Below, one piece after another: positions 13,601 to 21,600 of a stretch of DNA of 64,000 nt (the first letter of the stretch is position 1; the number at the start of each line of letters is the position of its first letter). The DNA comes from a virus. The stretch spans positions 34,518 to 98,517 of the IMG/VR virus record IMGVR_UViG_3300034071_001414. The stretch is one strand, 5' to 3'. The notes under the pieces are model-generated. The model was not told the DNA's origin. It did no database searches and saw only the letters and a program-made list of their open reading frames with translations. A program made the position numbers and the translations under genes.

Positions 13601-14098
13601 GCTTCAACTGGCATTGTTTTTGATTTTGCTATAGAAAAAGATTCCATTCTTAGGGTTGTTGGTATTGCATCAACTTCAATAACTGGGGTAACTACAATTA
13701 GTGGCATACAAACTGGATATTATTTTACAGTATATAATTCTAGAGTTGGTAATGGTGTTACTTCTTTAGATGAAAATCGACAAATTATTGGTATAGGAAC
13801 TACGGGGTTAGATAACATTTATAGAGTTGCAAGTGTTTCCTTGGCACAAACTGCAGTTCCGGGATTAGGTGTAACTTATGTTGCTAGAGTTACTGTTAGT
13901 GTTTCCGGGTATAATGGCCTGAGTGGCATTGGATACAGTTCTTTATTTGCAGAATATAGTTGGGGTAAAATTATATTAAAAACCAGAACAAAAGATAACG
14001 AATATAATTCATATACAAGGTCTGGTTTTTCTGGAATATCAACTGGAACTATGATAATGAGAACTAACCCACTCAAATATTATAACTATGGTATATGA
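1616..14098 (+). CDS. gp7: Giant baseplate wedge initiator, gp7-like (4160 aa)
   Basis: N-terminal LPQYVKEDYP..FLKQYY and IKDFYKSKGT..SFEILFR; internal QDSLYYQNFSYSLKS...HTVG motif; position between gp6 and gp8. Confidence 0.8.
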   Translation: MTEKRIQIKDIVNNQLPQYVKEDYPLVAEFLKQYYLSQEFPGGPADLIQNIDRYVKVDSTTELVDFVLLQSDISSIDENISVDFLNFEQNQIDFPDNYGLISIDDELILYENKTTFGFENCHRGFSGIISHKNINVGIASTYILRPSDELIFKKSDSSSHKSGTKIYNLSSLFLKEFLLKLKYQLTPGFEGRSFVEKANEATIIKQIKDFYKSKGTDQSFEILFRSLYGEDVEVLRPKNFLFRPSDAQYKITNDFIVEKISGPIEKIRNLTLFQNEYLNITKAYGTITEPLEEIVTSDGKIFYKLKIDGGYNRDIISDGAIYGGFSVHPKTRVIGDYNTQSTTIDVDSTVGFPNKGEFLVNYEDGTQGVVSYNSKSLTQFIECSGITKNILDNSIIGVNTYAYANTEDGEEIRVRIVSTLNDLDIPDDNILFTEGDTIKIKTLGFEDGDTRLNEWLFNLPIVYDVESYGIVDNFDNTYSLSLKDTHNLKVGDVLQIIDNLGNRKQSTIIDVISNKTIIISGQGFLPESLYKVKRNILKGNSSKYSYIGEISTDIQNVYTNKNNDILISSPSIPYYPNAQLNLNNRTISFSGSYSAGSTIFKLTSTIDHGFYTGDCVYYTPEKETIQSRDIDGNINNLEIISTSLFDEGIYFIKRIDKNNVKLSKSKSDILYEKYVSPEDDVVINNNKIEPIEFRGKAIKSQKLLREISTPIISEKLEKTSPGFTGILINGTEILNYKSKDKIIFGPLEQIDVVSGGSDYDVINPPRVIISDSVGSGATGHCSVSGSLKEIRILDPGFDYLEDPIVQITGGNGIGAIAKCNTKLITHKSTFNSEKGSGLVGIGSTISTIGFSTYHKFRNGEEVIYKTNSHISVGGLSTDSKYYVSTVSATKIKLHKTLGDSISGINTVTLTDYGVGNHDFESVNLKRILSSINVENSGSGYQNKKRTVSYSGINIASDIITIENHGFLSKEIVKYSTIGTVIGGLVEDKNYYVLKIDDNQFKLCEIGTGIYTQDYFYNTGQFINLTSRNSDIHAFNYPDIEVEIIGTVGLSSYYKAKIDPIFRGEITSFHLESKGSSYGVEEVFNIERQPSLSILSGSGSEFDVIVSNGRIQKVLINSVGENYTCSPDLIVVGDGNGAVLTPVVLNNQIVDVKVIEPGAGYSSNNTQIIVSHPGSGVKFTSKIKTWTVNLFAKYLNIFAEDDGCLSPGLNEQYEIQYCHIYAPRKLRQILYSRDQSGKILFSNPDLKFSRNKEIKSTDHSPIIGWSYDGHPIYGPYGYSKKSGGGVSQIKSGYNLIIEQNRPSTNYFPLGFFVEDYKYQKSNDESILDENNGRFCITPEFPNGTYAYFATFNESSVDSSGPFKGYYRPKFPYLIGNFFNSKPNDFNFKKKSNQDDIDLNETDWIRNTYAYNITKTNSRYEYITLPNNLNQSIDVSGVSPGSIDNIGISTGGNDYKVNDKLIFNNVDFEGNSRTLGSSASAVVSELVGKSISTVSTASTYFYDVSIYPSSNKGEYVLYNSSPHNITAYDLIKISGLNTTSNIINGNYVAGVTTTRLVLVGLGSTAVGIPSANITGIVTYISVRGNLDFPNIRENDIFQIDSEKIKILNVDKKSSRLRILRQIEGTLGLSHSVTTFLYEDPRKLFVNISKENDITNYSSYLENKQIYFNPKESLGIGTNINVGIGTTIYFSNPGAGETQVFIPLRTIYLPDHGLSTGDLLTYEVNNGSPIVISSTGIGTTTLSNNSSVYVAKINENLIGISTIQVGLGSTGFFSGITPSTQNIGLLFFAGIGTGTYHSFKTNYPEVKGDLSKHVVTVSTAQTHGLITDDIVNVMVSVSSTTIVIKYNDSNRRIIVNPRDFIGANISTSNSTITIPNHGYVNGQKVIYTSDSPSGGLVNNQIYYVVPINKDIIKLSNSYYDSTIERPNTIDITSASNGIISPINPPIDLYRNSTVTFDLSDSSLSYVNAFKTYPSFKFELYVDEQFRKVFDSDQRDNSFNVQRVGVVGTPGAILTLKINEFIPNTLYYDLIPLDSNGLFLPEVQKEIIKDNIVNSYNQLRIKNSIYNGTYKIRVSNPNSFEYFLPTIPEVQSYTSEISTTSTLSSYLKYTTKSLTASGAISNIRVTNKGTNYYSLPGITSVSSLNGRGCILNAESNTIGKIKKIKIVDGGFDFTSDKTLRPYAEFPKNIKIDNLYSIDNIGISSQGRGYTTTPKLVVLDGKTKKAIPSDLSYKLGDSKVTIKTNAKGLTDSIPTIIPTQNSNGIGITDITYNPTTKEVKVYLPFSFSDIGNFDANTYPIRVNDRVLIENISVGVNSTYKGFNSSNYGYSLFAITNVDLNIGGVSAVTYSLDGYLLDSELPGTYDPVNSSGRVVPERNFPTFETTIKQDGYKKGETVISNGSFGVVENWDAITKYLKISSKSDFEIGNIVEGLSSKTVGTASSIIDLNSYAKTDFSIKVLGGWESNAGFLNDNAQRIQDSLYYQNFSYSLKSRVDYDTWNDAVSALNHTVGFKKYSDFQMESKLDNDFSNLFVGLSTDTTATNVKVEMTSYGDLNCVSDFDLGKENYLNLNSRIVSNKIYFDNIPLTDYYEARGNRVLLIDDISSNFNSGERPEKYSDVYKFNINTNRSLKFLSYIRDKKFTGQRQVMLTSMIHNDSYGVVNQYGRIETAYDLGSFDFVVDQPFGIIRFYPTRYTINNYDVALLSYNLDDAFTGVGTTTIGSIAKVDTKNISSSASTINVVSLATTYTSAKILVQIYRDSLNYQFNELNVVHNGTNIDFIEYGELSTKTRTVESSGYGTYYPYISGGNLKIDFIPNVSVGNTFYINTANVALGDTNSSGIGTIELEYGEIRANSVSIPSSPTPSASAILSFTGEHDCAYCLVQVSDITNNRCAFSEVILIVDDVTSEPLITEYGNVNTFAGLGTIGASVTGIGSTTQLVFTPLPNIQVQVKVYANLLGLEGNDIKSYQLSNLNINSQYGSYSGTEVDQVRTFNLTHKGYPLFERYFSGSDSSVVDLSRNTIKIPSHFYSTGEKITYDSNFGNPIGIATTTITGIGSTDILPSTLYVVSLNNNKIRVAASASEALRPIPNVLNLTSLGSGTQHKFLAQNKNSRVVIAIDNIIQSPIVATGLTAALTSSVFLTDESIVLDNSTSFYGGDLIKIDDEVMRITSIQKNNVVNVRRSWMGTDIANHSGGSLVNTVVGSYNIVDNNLSFAESPYGNVPQTYSTSPPDEQDWVGISTGSSFSGRCFMRSGIQGSSNDTYSKNYIFDDISTGFNGITSTFTLKSSQSNITGISEEGALILINDIVQARGLSGDLENVRKGINFILSESSGITSTTFIGSATSVSYDINSSGLPKGGIIVSVGSTEGLGYQPLISAGGTAIVSLAGTIQSISIGNTGSGYRASAYYDIPTNISSVVGVGSTSIFIENKNSVFGLLNLLNTGSNCSIGVGTFILTTNIVSIGSSFVRIGIASTSSKQIPVGTPVNIKISNPQIGIVNVGISSTSAENSTETHIGFTTIIKGKISESVTITKVASGYTSTNPPQVIIDDPLSYSDIPLVYSSSSISGVGTAATIDIVVGQGSSVIDFEIKNTGYNYRAGQTLTVPIGGLTGIPTTSLFKEFQISIQEVFNDKFTGWAFGELQILDDISNLFDGERVAFPLKYFGEFVSIRSARGSNINPQELLLVFINDVLQEPGKGYTFRGGSNIFFTEPPKPPVLEIPNTGDSCKILFYKGTASVDVVYKNIIETVKPGDGLTLGFDSTLNQSYGLQEDERIVDAILSSDSVSTNPYYGPGNTKDETLTRPITWCRQTEDKIIDEQEVSKDRMLYEPVINPSSYLIKSVGIGSTVVFVDNLKPIFNQVNENKSQIPAFQDEFLSFQKQITFIPQETKRNAFATAIVSVAGTINSIAISTGGFGYLSVPDVVIQNPIGFGTTYRAEATASISSGIVTSITITGPGTEYSQDNPPIVLISPPSFESETNTVIQYEGDFGIISGISTTSVGIASTGIVFDFAIEKDSILRVVGIASTSITGVTTISGIQTGYYFTVYNSRVGNGVTSLDENRQIIGIGTTGLDNIYRVASVSLAQTAVPGLGVTYVARVTVSVSGYNGLSGIGYSSLFAEYSWGKIILKTRTKDNEYNSYTRSGFSGISTGTMIMRTNPLKYYNYGI

Positions 14099-14100
14099 CT

Positions 14101-14108
14101 AATAAATA
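14101..14108 (+). promoter_or_regulatory. T4-type late promoter
   Basis: AATAAATA just upstream of gp8. Confidence 0.65.
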
Positions 14109-14125
14109 AATAAAAAACCAAAAAA

Positions 14126-15673
14126 ATGGCTGCAATTGTAACTGATCAACTTAGAATATTAAATGCTAAAAATTTTGTAGAGAAAGTTTCATCTGAGGAT
14201 AATTCATATTATTCATTTATTGGGTTACCCAATCCTTACGATTATCAAACTGACTGGGACGAGTCTCCACCTGTACCTAAAGATAACTTTACGCAAGAAG
14301 ATGATTATTGGGATACAATGATCGCTTTGAAGAAAATAAACTCCGATGATATTCGTCAAGTTGTTCCAAAAAGAGTTTGGACTTCTGGATTAATCTATGA
14401 CATGTATAGGCATGATTATAGTAGAACAAACGTATCTCCAGTTGCTGGTGCAACAAATTTATATTCATCATCGTATTTTGTTATCAATAGTGAGTATAGA
14501 GTTTATATTTGTTTGCAAAACAATTCAAATCCAGATACTCCGGGAGGTGGTCCTTCATTAGACGAACCCCTTTTTACTGATTTGGAACCAAGAGCAGCTG
14601 GAGATAGTGGAGATGGATATATCTGGAAATATCTTTATACTATAAAACCGGCAGATGTTATAAAATTTGAAACAACTGATTTTATTCCCGTACCTAAAAA
14701 TTGGGCAACATCTGCAGATTCTTCATTGATAAGAAATAATGCAGTAGATGGTTCAATAAAAACTATAGTAATTAAAAATAGAGGGAGTGGACTAGGCGAA
14801 GCAAATACATATGTTAATGTTCCAATAAGAGGAAATGGGTTCGGTTCCACATGCACTATTGTAGTAGATGAGAATGGTGAAGTAAGTACAGTAACAGTTT
14901 CAAATCAAGGTTCTGGATATACTTTTGGTAGTGTCGATTTATCTGGGGGAAATTTTCCGACAGGCGATACTATACCAACTTTTGATGTAATTATTTCACC
15001 AAAAGGTGGACATGGATATGACATTTATAGAGAACTTGGTGCGTTTAATGTTTTAATGTATTCTAGAATTGAAAATGATAATGAAAATCCAGATTTTATT
15101 ACAGGAAACCAAATTGCCAGAATTGGAATAGTAGAAAATCCAGAAGTAAGTACCGGTACTATTTTAACATCAGACAAATCTAGTTCCGTTTATGCTATAA
15201 GATTGACTGGAACTGGGTATAGTAGTTCAAATTTTGACTACGATTCTTATATAACACAGACTATATCTACTGGAACAACTGCTGTTGGTAGAGTTATTAG
15301 TTATAATTCAACGACTGGTGTTTTAAAATATTGGCAAGATAGAAATTTATCTGGATTTAATACAGTAGGAACTGCACAAACTAATCCAACTTATGGATTT
15401 AATCTCAATAGATTTACAAGTTCTCCATCTACCGGAGGAAATTTAGTTATATCTGGAAATATCGGTGGAACTTTATCTATAGATACAACCTTTACAGGCA
15501 TATCTACTACAATAAATAATAGAACATATTATCTAGGACAAACTTTTACAAATGGAATTTCCTCTCCAGAAGTAAAAAAATATTCCGGAAATATTATTTA
15601 CATCGATAATAGACCGGCAATAACTAGATCATCGAACCAAAAAGAAGATATTAAAGTCATTTTGCAGTTTTAA
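14126..15673 (+). CDS. gp8: Baseplate wedge subunit gp8
   Basis: MAAIVTDQLRILNA, YRVYICLQN, GDGYIWKYLYTI, C-terminal QKEDIKVILQF. Confidence 0.88.
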   Translation: MAAIVTDQLRILNAKNFVEKVSSEDNSYYSFIGLPNPYDYQTDWDESPPVPKDNFTQEDDYWDTMIALKKINSDDIRQVVPKRVWTSGLIYDMYRHDYSRTNVSPVAGATNLYSSSYFVINSEYRVYICLQNNSNPDTPGGGPSLDEPLFTDLEPRAAGDSGDGYIWKYLYTIKPADVIKFETTDFIPVPKNWATSADSSLIRNNAVDGSIKTIVIKNRGSGLGEANTYVNVPIRGNGFGSTCTIVVDENGEVSTVTVSNQGSGYTFGSVDLSGGNFPTGDTIPTFDVIISPKGGHGYDIYRELGAFNVLMYSRIENDNENPDFITGNQIARIGIVENPEVSTGTILTSDKSSSVYAIRLTGTGYSSSNFDYDSYITQTISTGTTAVGRVISYNSTTGVLKYWQDRNLSGFNTVGTAQTNPTYGFNLNRFTSSPSTGGNLVISGNIGGTLSIDTTFTGISTTINNRTYYLGQTFTNGISSPEVKKYSGNIIYIDNRPAITRSSNQKEDIKVILQF

Positions 15674-15679
15674 CGAATT

Positions 15680-18600
15680 ATGTCTCAGAAAACTAATCTA
15701 AACGTAGCACCATATTTTGACGACTTTAATCCAAATAATGATTACCATAGGGTTCTTTTTAAACCAGGATATCCCGTTCAGGCTAGGGAATTAACCACTC
15801 TTCAATCGATACTGCAAAATCAAATTGAAAAATTTGGTCAACATTTTTTCAAAGAAGGTGCAAAAGTAATACCGGGAAATACTGGGTACAGTAGATTATA
15901 TTATTGTGTTCAATTAGAAAATAATTATCTAGGAGTTCCGATTGCAGCGTATATTGATCAACTTGTTGGTGCAAAAATAACCGGTCAAACATCTGGTGTT
16001 ACTGCGGTAGTCGATAAGGTATTATTGCCACAGGACTCGGAAAGAGGAAATCTTACTTTATACATAAATTATTTGAGTTCTAGTACTCAAAATAACTCCA
16101 CTCAACAATTTTCAGATGGAGAGGTATTAACTTCAAATATTATAATCACATCAGGTCTCCTAGGAAATACTTCTATTGCAGTAGGAGAACCTTTTGCATC
16201 AACAATTTCAACCAATAGCACTACTATTGCATCATGTTTTAATATTTCTGAAGGTGTTTATTTTATAAGAGGGCAATTTGTTAATGTAAAGACTGAGACT
16301 TTGATACTTGATCAATATACAAATAATCCCAACTATAGAGTTGGACTTTATATTGATGAACAAATAGTAAATTCAAATACAGACGAAACATTAAACGATA
16401 ATTCTCAAGGATTTAATAATTATGCTGCTCCTGGAGCAGATAGATTAAAAATATCAGCATATTTATTTAAAAAATCATTAACGGATTTTGATGATGGCAA
16501 CTTCGTAGAACTTGCCACTATTGTTGATGGAATAATTCGTTCAAAAACGGAAGATGATAAATATTCGTTCATAAAAGATGAGTTTGCAAGAAGAACTTAT
16601 GCAGAATCGGGAAACTATTTGGTTTCTCCATTTGACATTTCAGTAGAAGAATCTCTGAACAATCAAAAGGGAAATAATGGCACATTTACTAAAACTCAAA
16701 TTACTTACGGTGGAAATACTCCAAGTGAAAGTAAAGCAGTTTATAAAATATCTCCAGGAAAAGCATTTATCAGGGGATATGAAGTAGAAACAATTTCCAG
16801 TACATTTTTGGATGTAGATAAACCAAGAACTACACAGATTTTAGAAAATCAATCAATTAACTATAGCACAGGACCAACTTTAAAACTAAACAGAGTTTAT
16901 GGTTCCTCTCCAGTTGGTTTAGGAAATACATTTATTTTGAGTTTAAGAAATGAAAGAGTAGGTTCTTCGGGCACATTAAGTGCAGGAAAAGAAATAGGTC
17001 TTGCTAGAGTTTATGATTTTTCATTAGACTCTGGTTCATATAGCACATCAAATTCTAATTTAAATGAGTGGAATATTTCATTATTTGATATTCAAACTTT
17101 TACGAATATCACTTTAAATAATTCTGTCACTCTTTCGACTCCAACTTTCGTTAAAGGAAATAATAGTGGAGCAACAGCATTTTTAAAAGATAATATTGTT
17201 GGAACAGATTTAACTCTATATGATGTAAAAGGTTCTTTTATTCCATTTGAATCATTTTCATTTGACGGAATTGATTCCGGAATCATAGGCATTGCGGTTA
17301 CATCATATGGAATTTCTGATATAAAATCTGTTTATGGTAATGTAAGTTCTGCATCAACATTTTCTGCAGATGTAATACAATCAACTGCTTTTAATGTGGG
17401 AATTGCAACAATAAGTGCGGTGTCTAGTGGAGTAAGCACTGTAAGAAGTTCTAACATTCTTTTCCCCGGAAATATTGTTAAAGTTGGGAATTTAGTTAAG
17501 TATTCAGACTCAACAAAAACTACTCCAGTTGTAGCAAAAGTAATTGGAGTGGGAGCATCGACTATTTCTATAACTGGAGTAACTACGGTAAGTGGAATAG
17601 TGGATGGTTCTTTGCCGACATCTTCTTTAAATGTGACTGATTTTGCTGTTCTTAAAACAGATTTGGAAAAATCAACAGATAATACACTTTACTCAAGACT
17701 TCCAAAAACTAATATATCTAATGTCGATCTCTCAAATTCTACTCTTAATGTAAGAAAAACATTTACTGTTAATATTTCCAATAATAAACTATCTACTGCA
17801 GTAACTTCTGGTACAAATGAAACTTTCTTACCATTTACAGAAAAAAGATATTCTTTAGTTAGATCTAATGGAACTACTGAGGTTTTAACTCCAGACAAAT
17901 TTGAATTTACTTCTGGCGGGACAGAATTGCAAATTTATAATCTTGGTTCAAATGATACAAACGCTACTTTGGTAGCAACTTTACAAAAAATAAAACCAAA
18001 AGCAAAAGTCAAGAGAAAAAATAGAGTAAATTCTATAATTATTGAAAATTCAAAATACGAAGGATCGGGAATTGGGGGAACTACTTTAAATGATGGATTA
18101 GTATATGGAGAATATCCATATGGAACCAGAGTTCAGGATGAAAATATATGCTTAAATGTTGCAGATATTATAGAAATTCATGGAATTTATGAGTCAGAGG
18201 ACACATCAAACCCTTCTGCACCCAAAGCAGTTCTTGCATCAATTACAAGTCAATCTTCTACAACTTCAGAACTAATAGTTGGAGAAGAAATTTTAGGGAC
18301 AACTAGTGGTGCTGTAGCTATTGTTGCAGAAAAACTAACTTCATCACAAATATCATTATTGTACAAAAATCAAAATATATTTAATGAGGGAGAAGTAATT
18401 ACTTTCTCCGAGTCAAATATTCAAGCACAAATAGTAACCTTAGATACTCCTAGTTTTGAAATCTCATTTAATTACACCTTTAACCGAGGTCAAAATGGAA
18501 GTTTTTATGATTATGGATATTTAACAAGAAAGGTGAATGTAAGTGAACCAACCAAAAAATTAAAAATATATTTTTCAAATGGATATTACGAATCAACTGA

Positions 18601-21600
18601 TGATGGAGATATTACCACAGTAAATTCATACAATTCTTTTGATTATATTTCTGATATTGGTAGTGTAAATGGAATTAGAAATACTGATATTATTGATATT
18701 AGACCTGTAGTAAATAATTATTCTGTTTCAGTAGGTTCTCGTTCTCCTTTAGAATTTTATGGAAGAACTTTTAATTCTGTTTCAAATTCATCAAATACTA
18801 TACTATCTTCCGACGAAAGTTTAATTACATCATTCTCATTTTATTTGGGAAGAATTGATTCAATTTATTTATCAAAAGATGGAAAGTTTCAAGTAAAATA
18901 TGGAACTCCTTCGGAGAGACCAGAAAGACCAGTATCGGTAGATGATTCTTTAGAAATAGCAACAATTTCTTTACCCCCATATCTGTATTCTAATCGTCAA
19001 GCATCTATAAGATTTTTAGAATATAAAAGATATAGAATGAGTGATATAAAAAATCTTGAGAATAGAATTAAAAATCTAGAATATTATACTTCTCTTTCAT
19101 TATTAGAAACAAATACTTCTAATTTATTCATTTCCGATTCTGAAGGATTTAATAGATTTAAATCTGGATTTTTTGTGGATAATTTTACCTCATATTTACC
19201 ACAAGAATCTAGTACAGATATCAACAATTCTATCGATATTGAATTTAAAGAACTAAGACCAAAAGCTTATACGTCTTCAATAGATTTAAAACCTGGATAT
19301 TCTTCAGTAAACGCATCTACTGCAGATTTGGCATTTGAATCTCCAGATGGAATTAATATTAGAAAATCTGGTGATATCATAACTTTGGATTATGCCGAAG
19401 TTGAATGGTTAAAACAATCTTTTGCAACAAGATCAGAAAGTGTAACACCATTCCTTATTAGTTTTTGGCAAGGAACTGTAGAACTTACTCCAGCTTCAGA
19501 TACCTGGATGGATACTGTTAGAATTGAAGCAAAAATCATTGATGTTGAAGGAAATTATTCAACAACTTTAGCAGATGCAACAAGAAGATTAAATGTTGAC
19601 CCACAAACTGGTTTTGCACCAACTGTTTGGAATGCATGGACAACAAATTGGACAGGAAGATCAGTGTCCACAAGCACTAGAAATGTAACTTCTTCTTCAA
19701 TTAGTTCCTTTTGGTCAGGCGCTCAACTAATTGAACAGGTAGATAATGTTGTAATTCAGCAAACACTACAAAACATAACAGAGACTGGAGTTGAATCAAG
19801 AACTGGAACTAGAACAGTAATCACTGAGCAATTTGATAGGACTTCTGTTGGTGATAGAGTTGTAAGTAGAGATATTATTCCGTACATGAGGTCTAGAAAC
19901 GTTCAATTTGTTTCCAAAAAACTTAAACCACTTACTCAAATTTATACATTTTTCGACGGAAAAGACGTAACAAAATACTGTGTTCCCAAACTTCTTGAAA
20001 TTACTATGTCATCCGGAGTATTTCAAGTTGGAGAAACGATAACAGGATATATTCAACAAACTGGAACAGGTGTAAATGCAAATAATATGTTAGCAAAGAT
20101 TACTTTTAGAGTCGCACAAACTAATCATAGAGAAGGAGCATATAACTCACCCACAGTAACATATCCAAGAAATCCATACAATTCCCAAATTCTTCCTCCA
20201 ACATATTCATCGACTTCAACGATATTGAACGTTGACACATTTTCTCTTTCAAATTCAACTCAAGGAGAATTTGGTGGATGGGTAGAAACCGGTATGATTT
20301 TAATAGGTAATACTAGCAAAGCACAAGCAACTATTACAAATTTAAGACTAATATCAGATTTATCTGCCACACTAATAGGAAGTTTTTATATTCCAAACCC
20401 AAATGCAAATATTCATCCAAGATTTGAGTCTGGAACAAAAACTTTCACTTTAGTCAATAGTGCAACTAATGATCAAAATGCAGCAACTACTATTGCAGAG
20501 GAGGCATTTACTTCCAGCGGAACTATTGAGACTGTTCAAGAAAATATTGTTTCAGTAAGAAACGCTAGAATTGAAAATAAGCAAGAATTTGATTCCAGAG
20601 CAGTTTCTAGGACAACTGGCACTCAAGTAGTAAATAGCAGAGTCATAGCATCATCATCCTCTAGCAGAGTTATAGGGTGGTATGACCCATTAGCACAATC
20701 ATTCTTAGTTGATAATGAAGATGGTGTTTTCTTGACTAGTTGTGATGTATTCTTCAAAACAAAGGATGATACAGATATTCCAGTTACTTTTCAATTGAGA
20801 ACTATGAAGGGTGGATTTCCCACTCAATATGTTCTTCCACTATCAGAAATTATACTCAGTCCAGAACAGGTTAATGTTTCTGGCGATGGATCTGTATCAA
20901 CTAGGGTAACATTTAAAGCACCAGTTTATTTACAGGGAGGAGGTGAATATTGCATTTGTCTTGCATCAAATTCTACAAAATATAGTGTTTATATATCTAG
21001 AATAGGCGAAAATGATTTGTTGACGCAGACATTCATATCCAATCAACCATATCTAGGTTCATTATTTAAGTCGCAAAATGCTTCTACATGGGAAGCAAGT
21101 CAGTGGGAAGACCTCAAATTTACTTTATACAGAGCGGATTTTATTGAAAATGGTTCTATAGATTTTTACAATCCAGATTTAACTGAAGGTAATGCGCAAA
21201 TTGCAAAGTTAATGCCAAATTCTCTGCAATTCAATTCTAAAAAAATTAGAGTAAGTCTTTCATCTACTATTTCAGACTCTGACATAAGACTTGGAAATAC
21301 AATAATCCAAGCAAATACTAGTGGAAGAGGAAATTATGTAGGAAGTGCTGGAAGTGCAACTGGGACTCTTTCAGTAAGCAATTCTGGTATTGGATACACT
21401 CCAGGCCCAGGTTCTGGTGGATATACATTCAATAATGTAAGTTTAACTACAATTACAGGTAAAGGTGCGGGAGCTACAGCAAATATAACTATTTCAAATG
21501 GAGTTGCTGCAGCTGCCACGATTGTTAGTGGTGGAAGTGGATATCAATCTGGCGATGTTTTGGGGATTAGTAGTATTGGAAATACTCCAGTGGGAACAAA

